The notes under the pieces: model-generated | Told to the model about the DNA's origin: nothing | The model's database searches: none | The model's input: only the letters and a program-made list of their open reading frames with translations | Assembly: GCA_046758325.1 (NCBI GenBank) | Contig: JBHHZZ010000003.1 | Location: 12,381-76,380, forward strand | Reading direction: 5' to 3' | DNA length: 64,000 bases | Source of the DNA: Thermoplasmata archaeon | GTDB lineage: Archaea > Thermoplasmatota > Thermoplasmata > RBG-16-68-12 > JAJISG01 | Shown here: positions 8,844 to 18,017 of the stretch, in pieces | How the letters are laid out: every line of letters starts with the position of its first letter | Position numbering within the stretch: the stretch's first letter is position 1 | Program-made: the position numbers and the translations under genes

Positions 8844-9776
8844 GTGGCCTCCGAGAGGGTACTCGTGACGCCCCTGGATGTCGATGAGAACATCTATCTG
8901 ATCGATGTCATGATGTTCGGAGAACCCAACTTCGGTGGCGTTTACTTCATCGACGATGAGAGGAGGACCATCGTCGAGACGGGGACTTCTCATGACTACC
9001 CGAGGATTCTCTCAGCCTTGAAGCAACTGAACGTTGAGCCCTCGTCCGTACAGAATGTCATCGTCACCCACATACATCTGGACCACGCTGGCGGTGCCGG
9101 ATACCTCCTCGACTACCTGGAGAACGCGAAGGTTTACGTGCATGAGCGCGGGTTCCCTCATTTGGCCAGGCCAGAGCGTCTCCTGGAGAGCGCGTCCCGG
9201 GCCCTGGGAGAGGCTTTCAAGGACTACGGCACTCTGAAGCCCATGCCCGAAACCAGGATGGTCGCCTTGAGAGGTGGGGAGGTCCTGGACCTCGGTGGCA
9301 GGGAGCTGGAGTTCATCTACACTCCGGGCCACGCAAGGCACCACCTCTGCGTCCTGGACAGAAGCACCCGCAGCCTCTTCGCTGGGGATGCAGCCGGCAT
9401 ATACTTCCCCGAGGATGAGAGGTTGATACCAACGACCCCCTTCCCGGAGTTCGACCTTCCCAGGGCCATTGAGACGATGAGGACAGTGGCCAGGCTGAAC
9501 CCCAAGGCGCTGCTGTACACGCACTTCGGTCCCCGGCAGGATGCCCAGAAAGCGTTGAGGAATCAGCAGGCGGAGTACGAGAGGTGGGGGCGCCAGTCGA
9601 AGGAGCTGTTGGATGCGGGCGACTTGGGGGAGGCGGTGAGGACTGTGTATGAGGGGTGGTACGCTGACGTCGGAGGATTCCCGAGGCCCTTTGTAGAGAG
9701 AGTCATCGAGACCAATCTAAGGGGATTCCAGAAGTTCTTCCAGAGAACGAGGGAACATGCTTCCGGAACCCGTTAG
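8844..9776 (+). CDS. MBL-fold metallo-hydrolase
   Basis: HxHxDH motif (VIVTHIHLDHAGGAGYL) plus downstream His/Asp ligands (YTPGHARHH). Confidence 0.8.
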   Translation: MASERVLVTPLDVDENIYLIDVMMFGEPNFGGVYFIDDERRTIVETGTSHDYPRILSALKQLNVEPSSVQNVIVTHIHLDHAGGAGYLLDYLENAKVYVHERGFPHLARPERLLESASRALGEAFKDYGTLKPMPETRMVALRGGEVLDLGGRELEFIYTPGHARHHLCVLDRSTRSLFAGDAAGIYFPEDERLIPTTPFPEFDLPRAIETMRTVARLNPKALLYTHFGPRQDAQKALRNQQAEYERWGRQSKELLDAGDLGEAVRTVYEGWYADVGGFPRPFVERVIETNLRGFQKFFQRTREHASGTR

Positions 9777-10623
9777 GAGACTCGCAGAGGAGATAGCCTC
9801 GGATACGCGATCCGGTGCCCTTCCTCTTGCACAGAAGGCCCTGGAGGCATACAGCCTACTGGGTCAGCTTTCCGGGAACGAAACTTCCGCTCGCGAGCTT
9901 CACGGACTTCTGAGGATGGCCCAACCTTGGATGGCCGCCGTGGTCAACGCAGCGCAGATGGGATGGGAGCTTGCCCGATCTGCGAGATGGGGAGGACTGC
10001 CCGGGCTGAAGGAGCGGTTGGCCGATGCAAGGCAGTTGGTGGCCCGCGAGGCCATCGGTATCCTCACGGAGTGCAAAACGGTGGTGACCGTCAGCTATAG
10101 CAGCGATGTCTTCGAGGCCCTGCGAAGACGTCAGGAAACCGGTTCCGCATTTGAGGTGTATGTCTGCGAATCCAGGCCTCTGAATGAAGGCGTTGCCTTG
10201 GCAAGGGACTTGAAAGATGTGGGTGTCAGGGCGACCCTGGTGGTCGATGCGGCTGGGCCCAGCCTAGTGGCCCGGTCGGATGCCGTCATCACTGGGGTCG
10301 ATTCCCTCCTGCGTGAAGGCAGTCTAATCAACAAGATAGGGACGATGTCCCTAGCACTGACCTGCTCTGAGTTCAGCGTTCCCTTCTATCCCATCATGGA
10401 GGTCCTCAAGGTCGAGGTGGAAGGCCATGAGATATCTCCGGTCGAGAAGTCCAGGGACCCGGGGGAGGTGAGCGAGGACCTGGAGGCGTTAAACTTCTAC
10501 TTCGAGAGGGTGCCGTCGAGACTCGCCACATCTCTGGTGACGGATGCGGGCATCCTGAAGGTGTCGTCCTTACTGAACCGCTTTCGGCGGCCGGAGGACC
10601 TCCTGAGCTTCTACTTGCCATGA
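9757..10623 (+). CDS. IF-2B family protein (eIF-2B alpha/beta/delta-related; ribose-1,5-bisphosphate / methylthioribose-1-phosphate isomerase family)
   Basis: PF01008-like core (VVTVSYSSDVFEALRRRQETGSAFEVYVCESRPLNEGVALARDL...ITGVDSLLREGSLINKIGT). Shorter (288 aa) than characterised isomerases. Overlaps the MBL gene by 20 nt. Confidence 0.6.
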   Translation: MLPEPVRRLAEEIASDTRSGALPLAQKALEAYSLLGQLSGNETSARELHGLLRMAQPWMAAVVNAAQMGWELARSARWGGLPGLKERLADARQLVAREAIGILTECKTVVTVSYSSDVFEALRRRQETGSAFEVYVCESRPLNEGVALARDLKDVGVRATLVVDAAGPSLVARSDAVITGVDSLLREGSLINKIGTMSLALTCSEFSVPFYPIMEVLKVEVEGHEISPVEKSRDPGEVSEDLEALNFYFERVPSRLATSLVTDAGILKVSSLLNRFRRPEDLLSFYLP

Positions 10624-10649
10624 GAGCAAGCTCTCCACATACGTTATCC

Positions 10650-11009
10650 CTACTTGCCGTAGATGGAGATGCGGTTGCCTTCTGTATCCATGAGTTCTGC
10701 CAGCCTCTCCCCAGTGTGAGGGTTTATGACCTCGGGCTCTCGGGTAAGGGTAACCCCCTTGGTCTTGAGCTCCCTGTAAGCCTCTTCCACATCGTCAACC
10801 CTGAAGACCACCCTCATACCTTCATTTTTGCTTCTGTCCTCTGGGGAGAGATTACTCTCGTGCAGGCCGATCCACACCCCCTCAGTGGCTAGCTCTGACC
10901 AGCCCTCGGATTCGAATTTCAGGGGAATGCCGAGGGTCTGCGTGTAGAACTTGATGGCGCGGCTCATATCACTCACGAAGACAACGACGTGGTCAACCTT
11001 CTTGAGCAT
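10650..11009 (-). CDS. VOC / glyoxalase family protein
   Basis: MLKKVDHVVVFVSDMSRAIKFYTQTLGI matches the glyoxalase/bleomycin-resistance fold. 119 aa. Confidence 0.75.
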   Translation of the reverse strand: MLKKVDHVVVFVSDMSRAIKFYTQTLGIPLKFESEGWSELATEGVWIGLHESNLSPEDRSKNEGMRVVFRVDDVEEAYRELKTKGVTLTREPEVINPHTGERLAELMDTEGNRISIYGK

Positions 11010-11068
11010 GTCTACATTAGGTTGGTGGTCCGTTTACCCTTTTGGTAGACGGGGCTCCCCGTGAGACG

Positions 11069-12436
11069 CTAGAACTCTGTTACGCCCGTGAACCTGAAGT
11101 TTTCGATTTTCACAGGAGGTACGGTGGATGCTCCCACACCCAGCCAGCTAGAGTAGCGGTGGGGCTCTCTCTCTTTGCCTATCAGCGTGGCCTCTGCAAA
11201 GGCCTCCATCAGGCCCTGAGTGAACCTCAGGTTCTTGACGGCCCCTCTGATCTCCCCATTCTCTATGAGGAAAGTGCCATCCCTAGTCATGCCGGTTATC
11301 AGGGCCTTCGGGGCATCAATAGGGTTAGTGTAGTGGAACCTGGTGACGTAGATCCCCCGCTTTGTCTCCGCCACCATCTCATCTTCGCTCGAGTCCCCCG
11401 TCTCCAGGAAAGTGTTCATGGCTAGCGGACCAATCGGGTTCGGCGGTAGCAAGGCATGACCCGTTGTCTTCTTGCCCTCTCGCCCCGCTGTGTAGGAGTC
11501 GTAGACGACGCCCCTGGCAACTCCGCTCTCCAAGAGAAGGACCCTCTTCTTGGGTACCCCCTCCCCGTCGAAAGGCACGGGAACGCCCTCTGGTCTCGTC
11601 CCCTCGTCCCAGAGAGTGATGGACTCCCCCGTGACCTTCTGCCCGAGATTGCCACTCACGTAGGACCTCCCCTCCTGGTAGGCAATGGCTCCGAAGGTGA
11701 TAGAGGCTAGGGACTGGACCATGTCGGCGACAGCGTTGCTCTCCAAGACCACGGTGTACTCCCCCGGCTCGATGGCCTTGGCACCGATGGATCCCGCCGC
11801 CTTCTCCGCGGCCCTTTCTGCCATGCGTCGGTGATCAAGCTTCGAGATGTCCACCTTCAGATCCTCGCCCCAACCGTAGCCCTTCTCTCCGTTCGCTTCC
11901 TTGATGGCTGTCACCACCAGATGGCCCAGCGTCAAGCTGTTGTGCGCCCTGATTCCCAGGGAGTTGGACACCGTGATGGAACGCGTGGCCGCCTCCAGGG
12001 CCCCGAAGGCTTTTTCGACCCCCTGAGAGGAAACTATGGAGACGATGTCCTCCACCACCTTCGCCCTCTCCTCGGGCGTGGACCCGTCCGTCTTGGCAGA
12101 GAAGTTGGGGACATCCTCGCTCCCCTCATCTTCCGGGAGGGAGACGAATTCCTTGTTGGGCTTCTGGGCACGCGCCATCTTGCCCGCCCTCTCGATGGAT
12201 TCCTTTATGGAGGCCTCGTCGGTCCTGTTGGTCCTGACGATGCCTATCTGCTTGTCGTAGACCAGTCGGAGTATGAGAACAGTATCGGACGTGGCCACGT
12301 TCTGGTGGATGATGGAATTGGCGTACCTGGTGAGGGAGGTCTTGGTACTCAGGAGGATGGCTTCCGTCTGGTCGGCTGGGCTGAGGTCCAGAACCCTGTC
12401 GACTATGTCGAAGGCCTCTGACCTGGCTGGCGCCAT
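11069..12436 (-). CDS. pmbA: PmbA/TldE-family metalloprotease modulator (pair 1)
   Basis: TldD/PmbA family architecture without the HExxxH. Immediately downstream of, and abutting, the TldD gene. Confidence 0.75.
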   Translation of the reverse strand: MAPARSEAFDIVDRVLDLSPADQTEAILLSTKTSLTRYANSIIHQNVATSDTVLILRLVYDKQIGIVRTNRTDEASIKESIERAGKMARAQKPNKEFVSLPEDEGSEDVPNFSAKTDGSTPEERAKVVEDIVSIVSSQGVEKAFGALEAATRSITVSNSLGIRAHNSLTLGHLVVTAIKEANGEKGYGWGEDLKVDISKLDHRRMAERAAEKAAGSIGAKAIEPGEYTVVLESNAVADMVQSLASITFGAIAYQEGRSYVSGNLGQKVTGESITLWDEGTRPEGVPVPFDGEGVPKKRVLLLESGVARGVVYDSYTAGREGKKTTGHALLPPNPIGPLAMNTFLETGDSSEDEMVAETKRGIYVTRFHYTNPIDAPKALITGMTRDGTFLIENGEIRGAVKNLRFTQGLMEAFAEATLIGKEREPHRYSSWLGVGASTVPPVKIENFRFTGVTEF

Positions 12437-13876
12437 CTAGGCCACCCCCACCCGAACCCCTCTGAACCGAGCTGGGGAGGTGCCGTGGCCGACGCGGGCC
12501 ACCTGACCCGGCTCCCCCTTACCACAGTTGGGGACCCCCCATAGGTGCCAGCGGTCCTCGTCACAGACGGCGTCACAACCCCTCCAGAACTCGTAGGTGA
12601 TGCCCGTGTAGTTCGGGTACTTGATGAGTTCCCCGAGCTCACCGCCCACAATCTCCCAGGCCACCTCCGTCGCAAACTGAAAGTTCAGGCGCAGGTCGTC
12701 GATGGACCAGGACTTGTTCGTCTCCATATATATGCCTTCGTCGGTGTCCTCCACCAGCTCGTCGAGGTCCCAATCCCCCGGGAGGAGGCTGATGTTGGTC
12801 ATCCTGATGAGGGGTATCCTGCCCCAGCCGTCGGCCCGCATATTGCCACTGGTCTCGTGTCCGAACAACTCCGCGGTTTCCCGGGAGTTCTGGTAGCCCA
12901 CGAAGATTCCTTCTCTGACGAGGTCAACCCGCTTTGCGGGAACGCCCTCGTCGTCGTACCCGAAGGTACCCAGGCCGCCTTCCACCATGGAGTCGGCCAC
13001 GATGTTGACCTTTTCAGACCCGTACCTGAAGGAGTCCAGCTTGTCAGGCGTCAGGAAGGAGGTTCCAGCGTAGCTGGCTTCCATTCCCAGGACCCTGTCA
13101 AGCTCCGTCGGGTGGCCGCAGGACTCATGGACCTGCAATGCCAGCTGGTTCGTGCCGATGATGACGTCCCTCTTCCCTGATGGGCACTTCTTCGCGTCTA
13201 GCAGGGCAACGGCCTCCCGGGCCGTCCTCTCCGCATTCCCCACCAGATCCATGGACTCGATGAACTCCCACCCCGCTGTCCTGAAGTTTCCTCCGAAGGG
13301 GGCCGGATAGGACCTCTTGTGTACCTCGCCACTCCGCAGCGCCAGGACTTCTATGCCGGCTCCCGACTGCAGGATGTCCTGCTCGATGTAGGAGCCCTCA
13401 CTGGACGCAAAAGTCTTCCTCTCCCTGAAGGCCTGGAACTGAGCCTTTCGGACCTTTATGGCCTCGTCCTTACTCGGGGTTCTCTGGGCATCCATCAGCA
13501 GCTCCATCTTCTCCTCCAGAGGCACATCCCACGGATCCATCCGGAAGGCGGACCTGTAGCTGCCCTCCTTGGACCCTACCTCCGCGAGGCTTACCTCCTC
13601 CCTCCTCACCCGGGCGGAAGCCCTGGCGATTCGGACGGCCTCCTCGGCGACTCTCCTGATTTCCCCGTTCTCCATCCCCGACGAGGAGGAGAAACCCCAT
13701 GAGCCGTCTGCCAAGGCTCGGACGCCGAAGCCTCCGCTCACGTTCTCCGTCAAGCTCTCCACGTTGTCATTCTTGACGATGATGGCGCTCAGTCGTCTCT
13801 CAACCAGCCTTATGTCGACGTAGCTAGCCCCTGCCTTGAGGGCGGTTTCAATCGCCATGTCGCAGGTCTCCCTCAT
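12437..13876 (-). CDS. tldD: TldD metalloprotease (pair 1)
   Basis: Conserved HESCGHPTELDRVLG zinc-binding motif and GxC motifs. 479 aa. Confidence 0.85.
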   Translation of the reverse strand: MRETCDMAIETALKAGASYVDIRLVERRLSAIIVKNDNVESLTENVSGGFGVRALADGSWGFSSSSGMENGEIRRVAEEAVRIARASARVRREEVSLAEVGSKEGSYRSAFRMDPWDVPLEEKMELLMDAQRTPSKDEAIKVRKAQFQAFRERKTFASSEGSYIEQDILQSGAGIEVLALRSGEVHKRSYPAPFGGNFRTAGWEFIESMDLVGNAERTAREAVALLDAKKCPSGKRDVIIGTNQLALQVHESCGHPTELDRVLGMEASYAGTSFLTPDKLDSFRYGSEKVNIVADSMVEGGLGTFGYDDEGVPAKRVDLVREGIFVGYQNSRETAELFGHETSGNMRADGWGRIPLIRMTNISLLPGDWDLDELVEDTDEGIYMETNKSWSIDDLRLNFQFATEVAWEIVGGELGELIKYPNYTGITYEFWRGCDAVCDEDRWHLWGVPNCGKGEPGQVARVGHGTSPARFRGVRVGVA

Positions 13877-13926
13877 CAGAACCCTCCGATATTCTCCCTT
13901 AGCCGGGAGCCATGATAAACCCTTTC

Positions 13927-14895
13927 CTAGATGTGGACTTCTGTGCCAAAACCCGACTTCCGGGCTATCTCATAGGCCACGGATGCGGTCGCCGCGTCCT
14001 CGAAGGCCATGCCGACAGACCTGAACAGAGTGATGTCGTCCTTGCTCATCCTTCCCGTCTTCATGCCGGCTACCAGCTCCCCCAGCTCGGCATAGATGTC
14101 GTCGGGCGAGAAGGCGCCCCGGTCGATGGCTTCCCCGAGGTCACGGGCCTCGTTCAACACACCCTCCTTGGAGTCCACCACTACCCTCGACCTTCGGTAG
14201 GTCTCAGCATCGAGTTCGCGCACCACGCCCCCTCCTATGGAGTTGACGTGAACACCCGGCTCGAGCCACTCTCCCTGAAGTACCGGGCTCCGGGAGTTGG
14301 TGGCTGTGACCACCACGTCGCTCCCGCGAACGACCTCCTCAGCCCCGTCTGCCACTAGGGCCTCCACATCGAGCGTGTCCACGAGTTCCTTACAGAAGCT
14401 CCTGAGGTTCTCCCGATTTCTGCTGTACGCCTTGACCAGCTGAACGTCGCGGACAGTCCAGAGGCCAAGGATCTGGGTCCGAGCCTGGGTCCCTGTTCCT
14501 ATTATTCCCACGATCTGGGCATCCACTAGTGAGAGGGATCTTGCCGCCAGGGCGCTCGCAGCTCCCGTCCGCATGGCGGTTACGTACCTCCCATCCATCA
14601 AGCATAGGGGGTCACCACTTCCGCTGTCCAGTAGGAGGATTGCACCGGTTATGGAAGGAAGGCCTTTCTCGCGATTCCCGGGAAAATCGGAGACCACTTT
14701 GACCGCTAGAGACCTCATACCCCCGAGGTACGCTGCCATGACGAAGGTATTCCCCTCCTCGCCGATGGGCGTCATGACCCTCATTGGCATGGAGACGGTG
14801 CCCCGGGCGTGCTCTACGAAACCCCGCTCCACCGCGTCGATAACGGTGCGCATGTCCAGAAACTCCTCCAAGTCCCTCTGGCTTAGGACGAGCAT
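13927..14895 (-). CDS. Ornithine cyclodeaminase / mu-crystallin family protein (may be an archaeal alanine dehydrogenase-type enzyme)
   Basis: The OCD_Mu_crystallin fold runs through the whole sequence (MLVLSQRDLEEFLDMRTVIDAVERGF...). Rossmann motif GIIGTGTQA. Start chosen at Met35 of the long ORF. Confidence 0.75.
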   Translation of the reverse strand: MLVLSQRDLEEFLDMRTVIDAVERGFVEHARGTVSMPMRVMTPIGEEGNTFVMAAYLGGMRSLAVKVVSDFPGNREKGLPSITGAILLLDSGSGDPLCLMDGRYVTAMRTGAASALAARSLSLVDAQIVGIIGTGTQARTQILGLWTVRDVQLVKAYSRNRENLRSFCKELVDTLDVEALVADGAEEVVRGSDVVVTATNSRSPVLQGEWLEPGVHVNSIGGGVVRELDAETYRRSRVVVDSKEGVLNEARDLGEAIDRGAFSPDDIYAELGELVAGMKTGRMSKDDITLFRSVGMAFEDAATASVAYEIARKSGFGTEVHI

Positions 14896-14946
14896 GTATC
14901 CCCACGTATATTGGCGCCCCTCAAAAACGCTTGGCCGGCTGACGCA

Positions 14947-14955
14947 CTTATTTAA
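14947..14955 (+). promoter_or_regulatory. Putative TATA box (TTATTTAAG) upstream of mrpA
   Basis: An AT-rich octamer about 45 bp upstream of the GTG start of mrpA, in an otherwise GC-rich intergenic region. Confidence 0.3.
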
Positions 14956-15000
14956 GAGGCTCCGCGATTGTCCTGAAAAGTCCCCAGCAGGTAGCATGGA

Positions 15001-17277
15001 GTGGTGGCGGTGGAGCAGGGAGCCTGGCTGTTACTGGCTTTAGGACTACCCTTTCTGTCCGCGCTTCTCTCGCCCCTCCTTGAGAGGCTGAGGCCCAACC
15101 TGGCCGCGATTTTTGGATCAGCCGTCGGCGCAGTCTCCTTCCTCACTCTTCTCGCGGTTTGGACCGTGGGAGGAGCGGAGAGGGTAGCCTACCCCTGGAT
15201 TCCCTCCGCTGCCATCTCCTTCATCCTTCGGCTCGACGGATTGGCGTTCTTATTCGCCCTCCTCATAACGGGAATCGGATCCCTGATCCTCGCCTACTCC
15301 CACAGCTACATGGCTCAGGAGAAGGGGAAACCCCGTTTCTACGCCTACATGTCCCTCTTCATGGGCTCAATGCTCGGCCTGGTCCTGGCAGGCGACCTCA
15401 TCCTTCTGTTCCTCTTCTGGGAGCTTACTACCCTGAGCTCCTTCCTTCTCATAGGCTTTCGGAGGGAGGAGAGGCGGTCGGTCCTCGCAGCCCTCAAGGC
15501 CCTCCTGATAACCGGGACTGGGGGCCTGGTCCTTCTTCTGTCCTTTCTGATGATGAGGGCCGCCGTGGGTTCCTTTGACCTGGAAGTCGTGCTGCAATCC
15601 GGCGACGTCCTCAGATCCAGCGCCCTGTTCCCTCTCATCCTGATCCTCTTCCTGGTAGCGGTGGCCGCCAAGTCCGCCCAGTTCCCGCTGCACATCTGGC
15701 TCCCCGATGCAATGGTAGCTCCCACGCCGGTGAGCGCGTACCTCCACTCCGCCGCCATGGTGAAGGCTGGCATATTCCTCCTGGCGCGCTTCCTGCCAGG
15801 CCTGATTTCGGTGGAGTGGGAGATGGCGCTCATTCCCCTAGGGACGGCGACCATGATCATAGGGGCGCTCCAGGCAATCCGGTCTGTGGAACTCAAGAGG
15901 ATACTTGCGTACAGCACGATCAGTCAGCTGGGCCTTCTAGCCTCCGTCTTCGGAATGGCCACCCTAACAGGTCAGGAGGCAGGGCTGTTTCACCTGCTGA
16001 ATCACGCTCTCTTCAAGGCCTCCCTCTTCCTGGTGGCCGGGGCGATTACCCTAGCCACGGGCTTCACGAATATCCGAGAGCTGGGCGGGCTCCGCAGGAG
16101 GATGCCTGTCACGGCCATCGCCTGCGGCCTCGCCGCCTTCTCTATGGCTGGCATCCCTCCACTGGGTGGCTTCCTCAGCAAGGAAACTTACTACGAGGCC
16201 GCCCTCCAGAGCGGCTATCTCTGGGCTCCCATCCTGGCGGTCCTAGGAGGGGGCCTCACCTTCGCTTACAGCCTCTACTTCTTCACGAGGATATTCCTAG
16301 GGAAAGGAGGTGGAACCAAGTCCCAGGAGCCCCTTTCTCTCGCGATTCCAGCGCTGATTCTGGCAGCGTTAACCCTCGTCCTCGGTATCATGCCCACCTT
16401 GGCCTCGGGGCTCGTATCCGCCTCTACATCTCCAGAGAACATCTTCGCCCCGGGCCTTCTTCGGGGCCCCATCACCACGGCCCTAATGAGCCTCTCCTCT
16501 GCCGTCGTGGGAATTCTGATCCTCTGGAGGTACGAGGCTGTCGCCTCCTTCCTTGATAGGGTTGCCACCACGCTGGGACGGATAACCCCCGACGCCGTGT
16601 ACGAAGGCTTCATCGGAGCTGCCCGCCGTTCCTGTGCTACCTTCGGTCTCATGGTTCAGAACGGGTCCCTCAGGAGATATACAGCTGTCCTGATCCTCTT
16701 CGTGCTGGCCGCCCTCATGTGGCCCTTATCCCTACCGGTGCTGGAGATTCCCGCCGTAGAGGACACCAGCGGCATCGTCCTTGCCATCATTCTGTCGGCC
16801 ATGGTGGTCTTCTCCTCCCTGGCAGCAGGACTGAAGGACACCCTCCATGCCATCCTCAGCCTCTCGGGCATGGGCTTCCTCCTCGCCATGACCTTCATGC
16901 TCCTCAATGCCCCGGACCTGGCCATGACCCAGATCCTCGTGGAAATGGTCTTCCTGGTGATCTTTCTGATAGTACTCCACAAGATTCCTTTCAAGGCCAT
17001 CCGTCCATCGAGGCCGCGAGGCTCTGTGGACCTTCTCATGGGGATCTTCATGGCCCTGGGGGTCGCCTACCTGGTTGCCCTCTCCATCGCGGCCTTCTCT
17101 CAATCGGTGGCCACATACTACCTGGACCCCAGCCTTCTGGACTTGACAGGCGGGAGGAACGTCGTCAATGTCGTCGTCACCGACTTCAGGGCCTTCGACA
17201 CCCTCGGCGAGATCACCGTCATAGGCCTGGCGTCCTTGGCCGTGTACACCCTCCTCCGGAGGTGGAAGGCTGACTAG
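15001..17277 (+). CDS. mrpA: Mrp antiporter subunit A (MnhA/MrpA, NuoL-like, with fused MrpB-like C-terminal domain)
   Basis: 758 aa polytopic protein with NuoL/ND5 antiporter-like motifs (WLPDAMVAPTPVSAYLHSAAMVKAG). GTG start. First gene of a seven-gene, overlapping mrpA-G array. Confidence 0.85.
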   Translation: MVAVEQGAWLLLALGLPFLSALLSPLLERLRPNLAAIFGSAVGAVSFLTLLAVWTVGGAERVAYPWIPSAAISFILRLDGLAFLFALLITGIGSLILAYSHSYMAQEKGKPRFYAYMSLFMGSMLGLVLAGDLILLFLFWELTTLSSFLLIGFRREERRSVLAALKALLITGTGGLVLLLSFLMMRAAVGSFDLEVVLQSGDVLRSSALFPLILILFLVAVAAKSAQFPLHIWLPDAMVAPTPVSAYLHSAAMVKAGIFLLARFLPGLISVEWEMALIPLGTATMIIGALQAIRSVELKRILAYSTISQLGLLASVFGMATLTGQEAGLFHLLNHALFKASLFLVAGAITLATGFTNIRELGGLRRRMPVTAIACGLAAFSMAGIPPLGGFLSKETYYEAALQSGYLWAPILAVLGGGLTFAYSLYFFTRIFLGKGGGTKSQEPLSLAIPALILAALTLVLGIMPTLASGLVSASTSPENIFAPGLLRGPITTALMSLSSAVVGILILWRYEAVASFLDRVATTLGRITPDAVYEGFIGAARRSCATFGLMVQNGSLRRYTAVLILFVLAALMWPLSLPVLEIPAVEDTSGIVLAIILSAMVVFSSLAAGLKDTLHAILSLSGMGFLLAMTFMLLNAPDLAMTQILVEMVFLVIFLIVLHKIPFKAIRPSRPRGSVDLLMGIFMALGVAYLVALSIAAFSQSVATYYLDPSLLDLTGGRNVVNVVVTDFRAFDTLGEITVIGLASLAVYTLLRRWKAD

Positions 17278-17290
17278 CGCAGTTGCCCGG

Positions 17291-17695
17291 GTGATCACCA
17301 ACATCGTCCTCTACATCGGCATCCTCTTCTCCCTCACCTTGCTCGTGGCAGGGCACAACGAACCCGGCGGTGGCTTCGTGGCCGGAGCTATGACAGCTAG
17401 CGTCTTTGCGCTTCTCTACCTCGTATTCGGGAAGGACTACGTGGAATCCAGGTTCCAGACGGACTACAGGTCCATCACAGCCGCGGGGCTCCTCGTCACG
17501 ATTTTCTTCGCCCTGATGCCCATGGCCCTGGGGGAGCCGGTTCTTTCCAGCATTCTGTTCACGTTGGACGTACCCCTGGTAGGTCAGATTGAGCTCGGCT
17601 CCGCCGTGGGGTTTGACTTCGGGATCTACCTCGTCGTGGTTGGCTCCGTTCTGACCATCCTGAGAAGGAGCGCGGGGGGTGAAGAACCTGGTTAG
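17291..17695 (+). CDS. mrpB: Mrp antiporter subunit B
   Basis: 134 aa, four TM segments, MnhB-like (GHNEPGGGFVAGAM). Its position follows mrpA. Confidence 0.75.
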   Translation: MITNIVLYIGILFSLTLLVAGHNEPGGGFVAGAMTASVFALLYLVFGKDYVESRFQTDYRSITAAGLLVTIFFALMPMALGEPVLSSILFTLDVPLVGQIELGSAVGFDFGIYLVVVGSVLTILRRSAGGEEPG

Positions 17696-18017
17696 TTTCC
17701 TGGCCCTCGTCATCGGCCTCCTCTTCGGAATAGCCGTCTATGCCATACGTCACGGAAACGCCATCAGAATCGTGATTGGCCTAGGCATCCTCTCCAACGC
17801 CGTCAACCTCATGCTCATAGCGGTGGGGTTCAAAGGGGAGACTGCCCCCATCCTCGGGCTGGCTGGCTCCCCATCAGACCCCCTCGTCCAGGCCCTCATC
17901 CTCACCGCCATCGTGATCGGTTTCGGGGTCACTTCCTTCGCCCTCGTCCTGAGCTACGCCCTCATCAGGGAGGAGGGCAGCACCGAGGCCGACGACTTCA
18001 GGAGGCTCAAGGGATGA
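17679..18017 (+). CDS. mrpC: Mrp antiporter subunit C (NuoK-like)
   Basis: 112 aa, three TM segments, MnhC/NuoK-like. GTG start overlapping the end of mrpB. Confidence 0.75.
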   Translation: MKNLVSFLALVIGLLFGIAVYAIRHGNAIRIVIGLGILSNAVNLMLIAVGFKGETAPILGLAGSPSDPLVQALILTAIVIGFGVTSFALVLSYALIREEGSTEADDFRRLKG

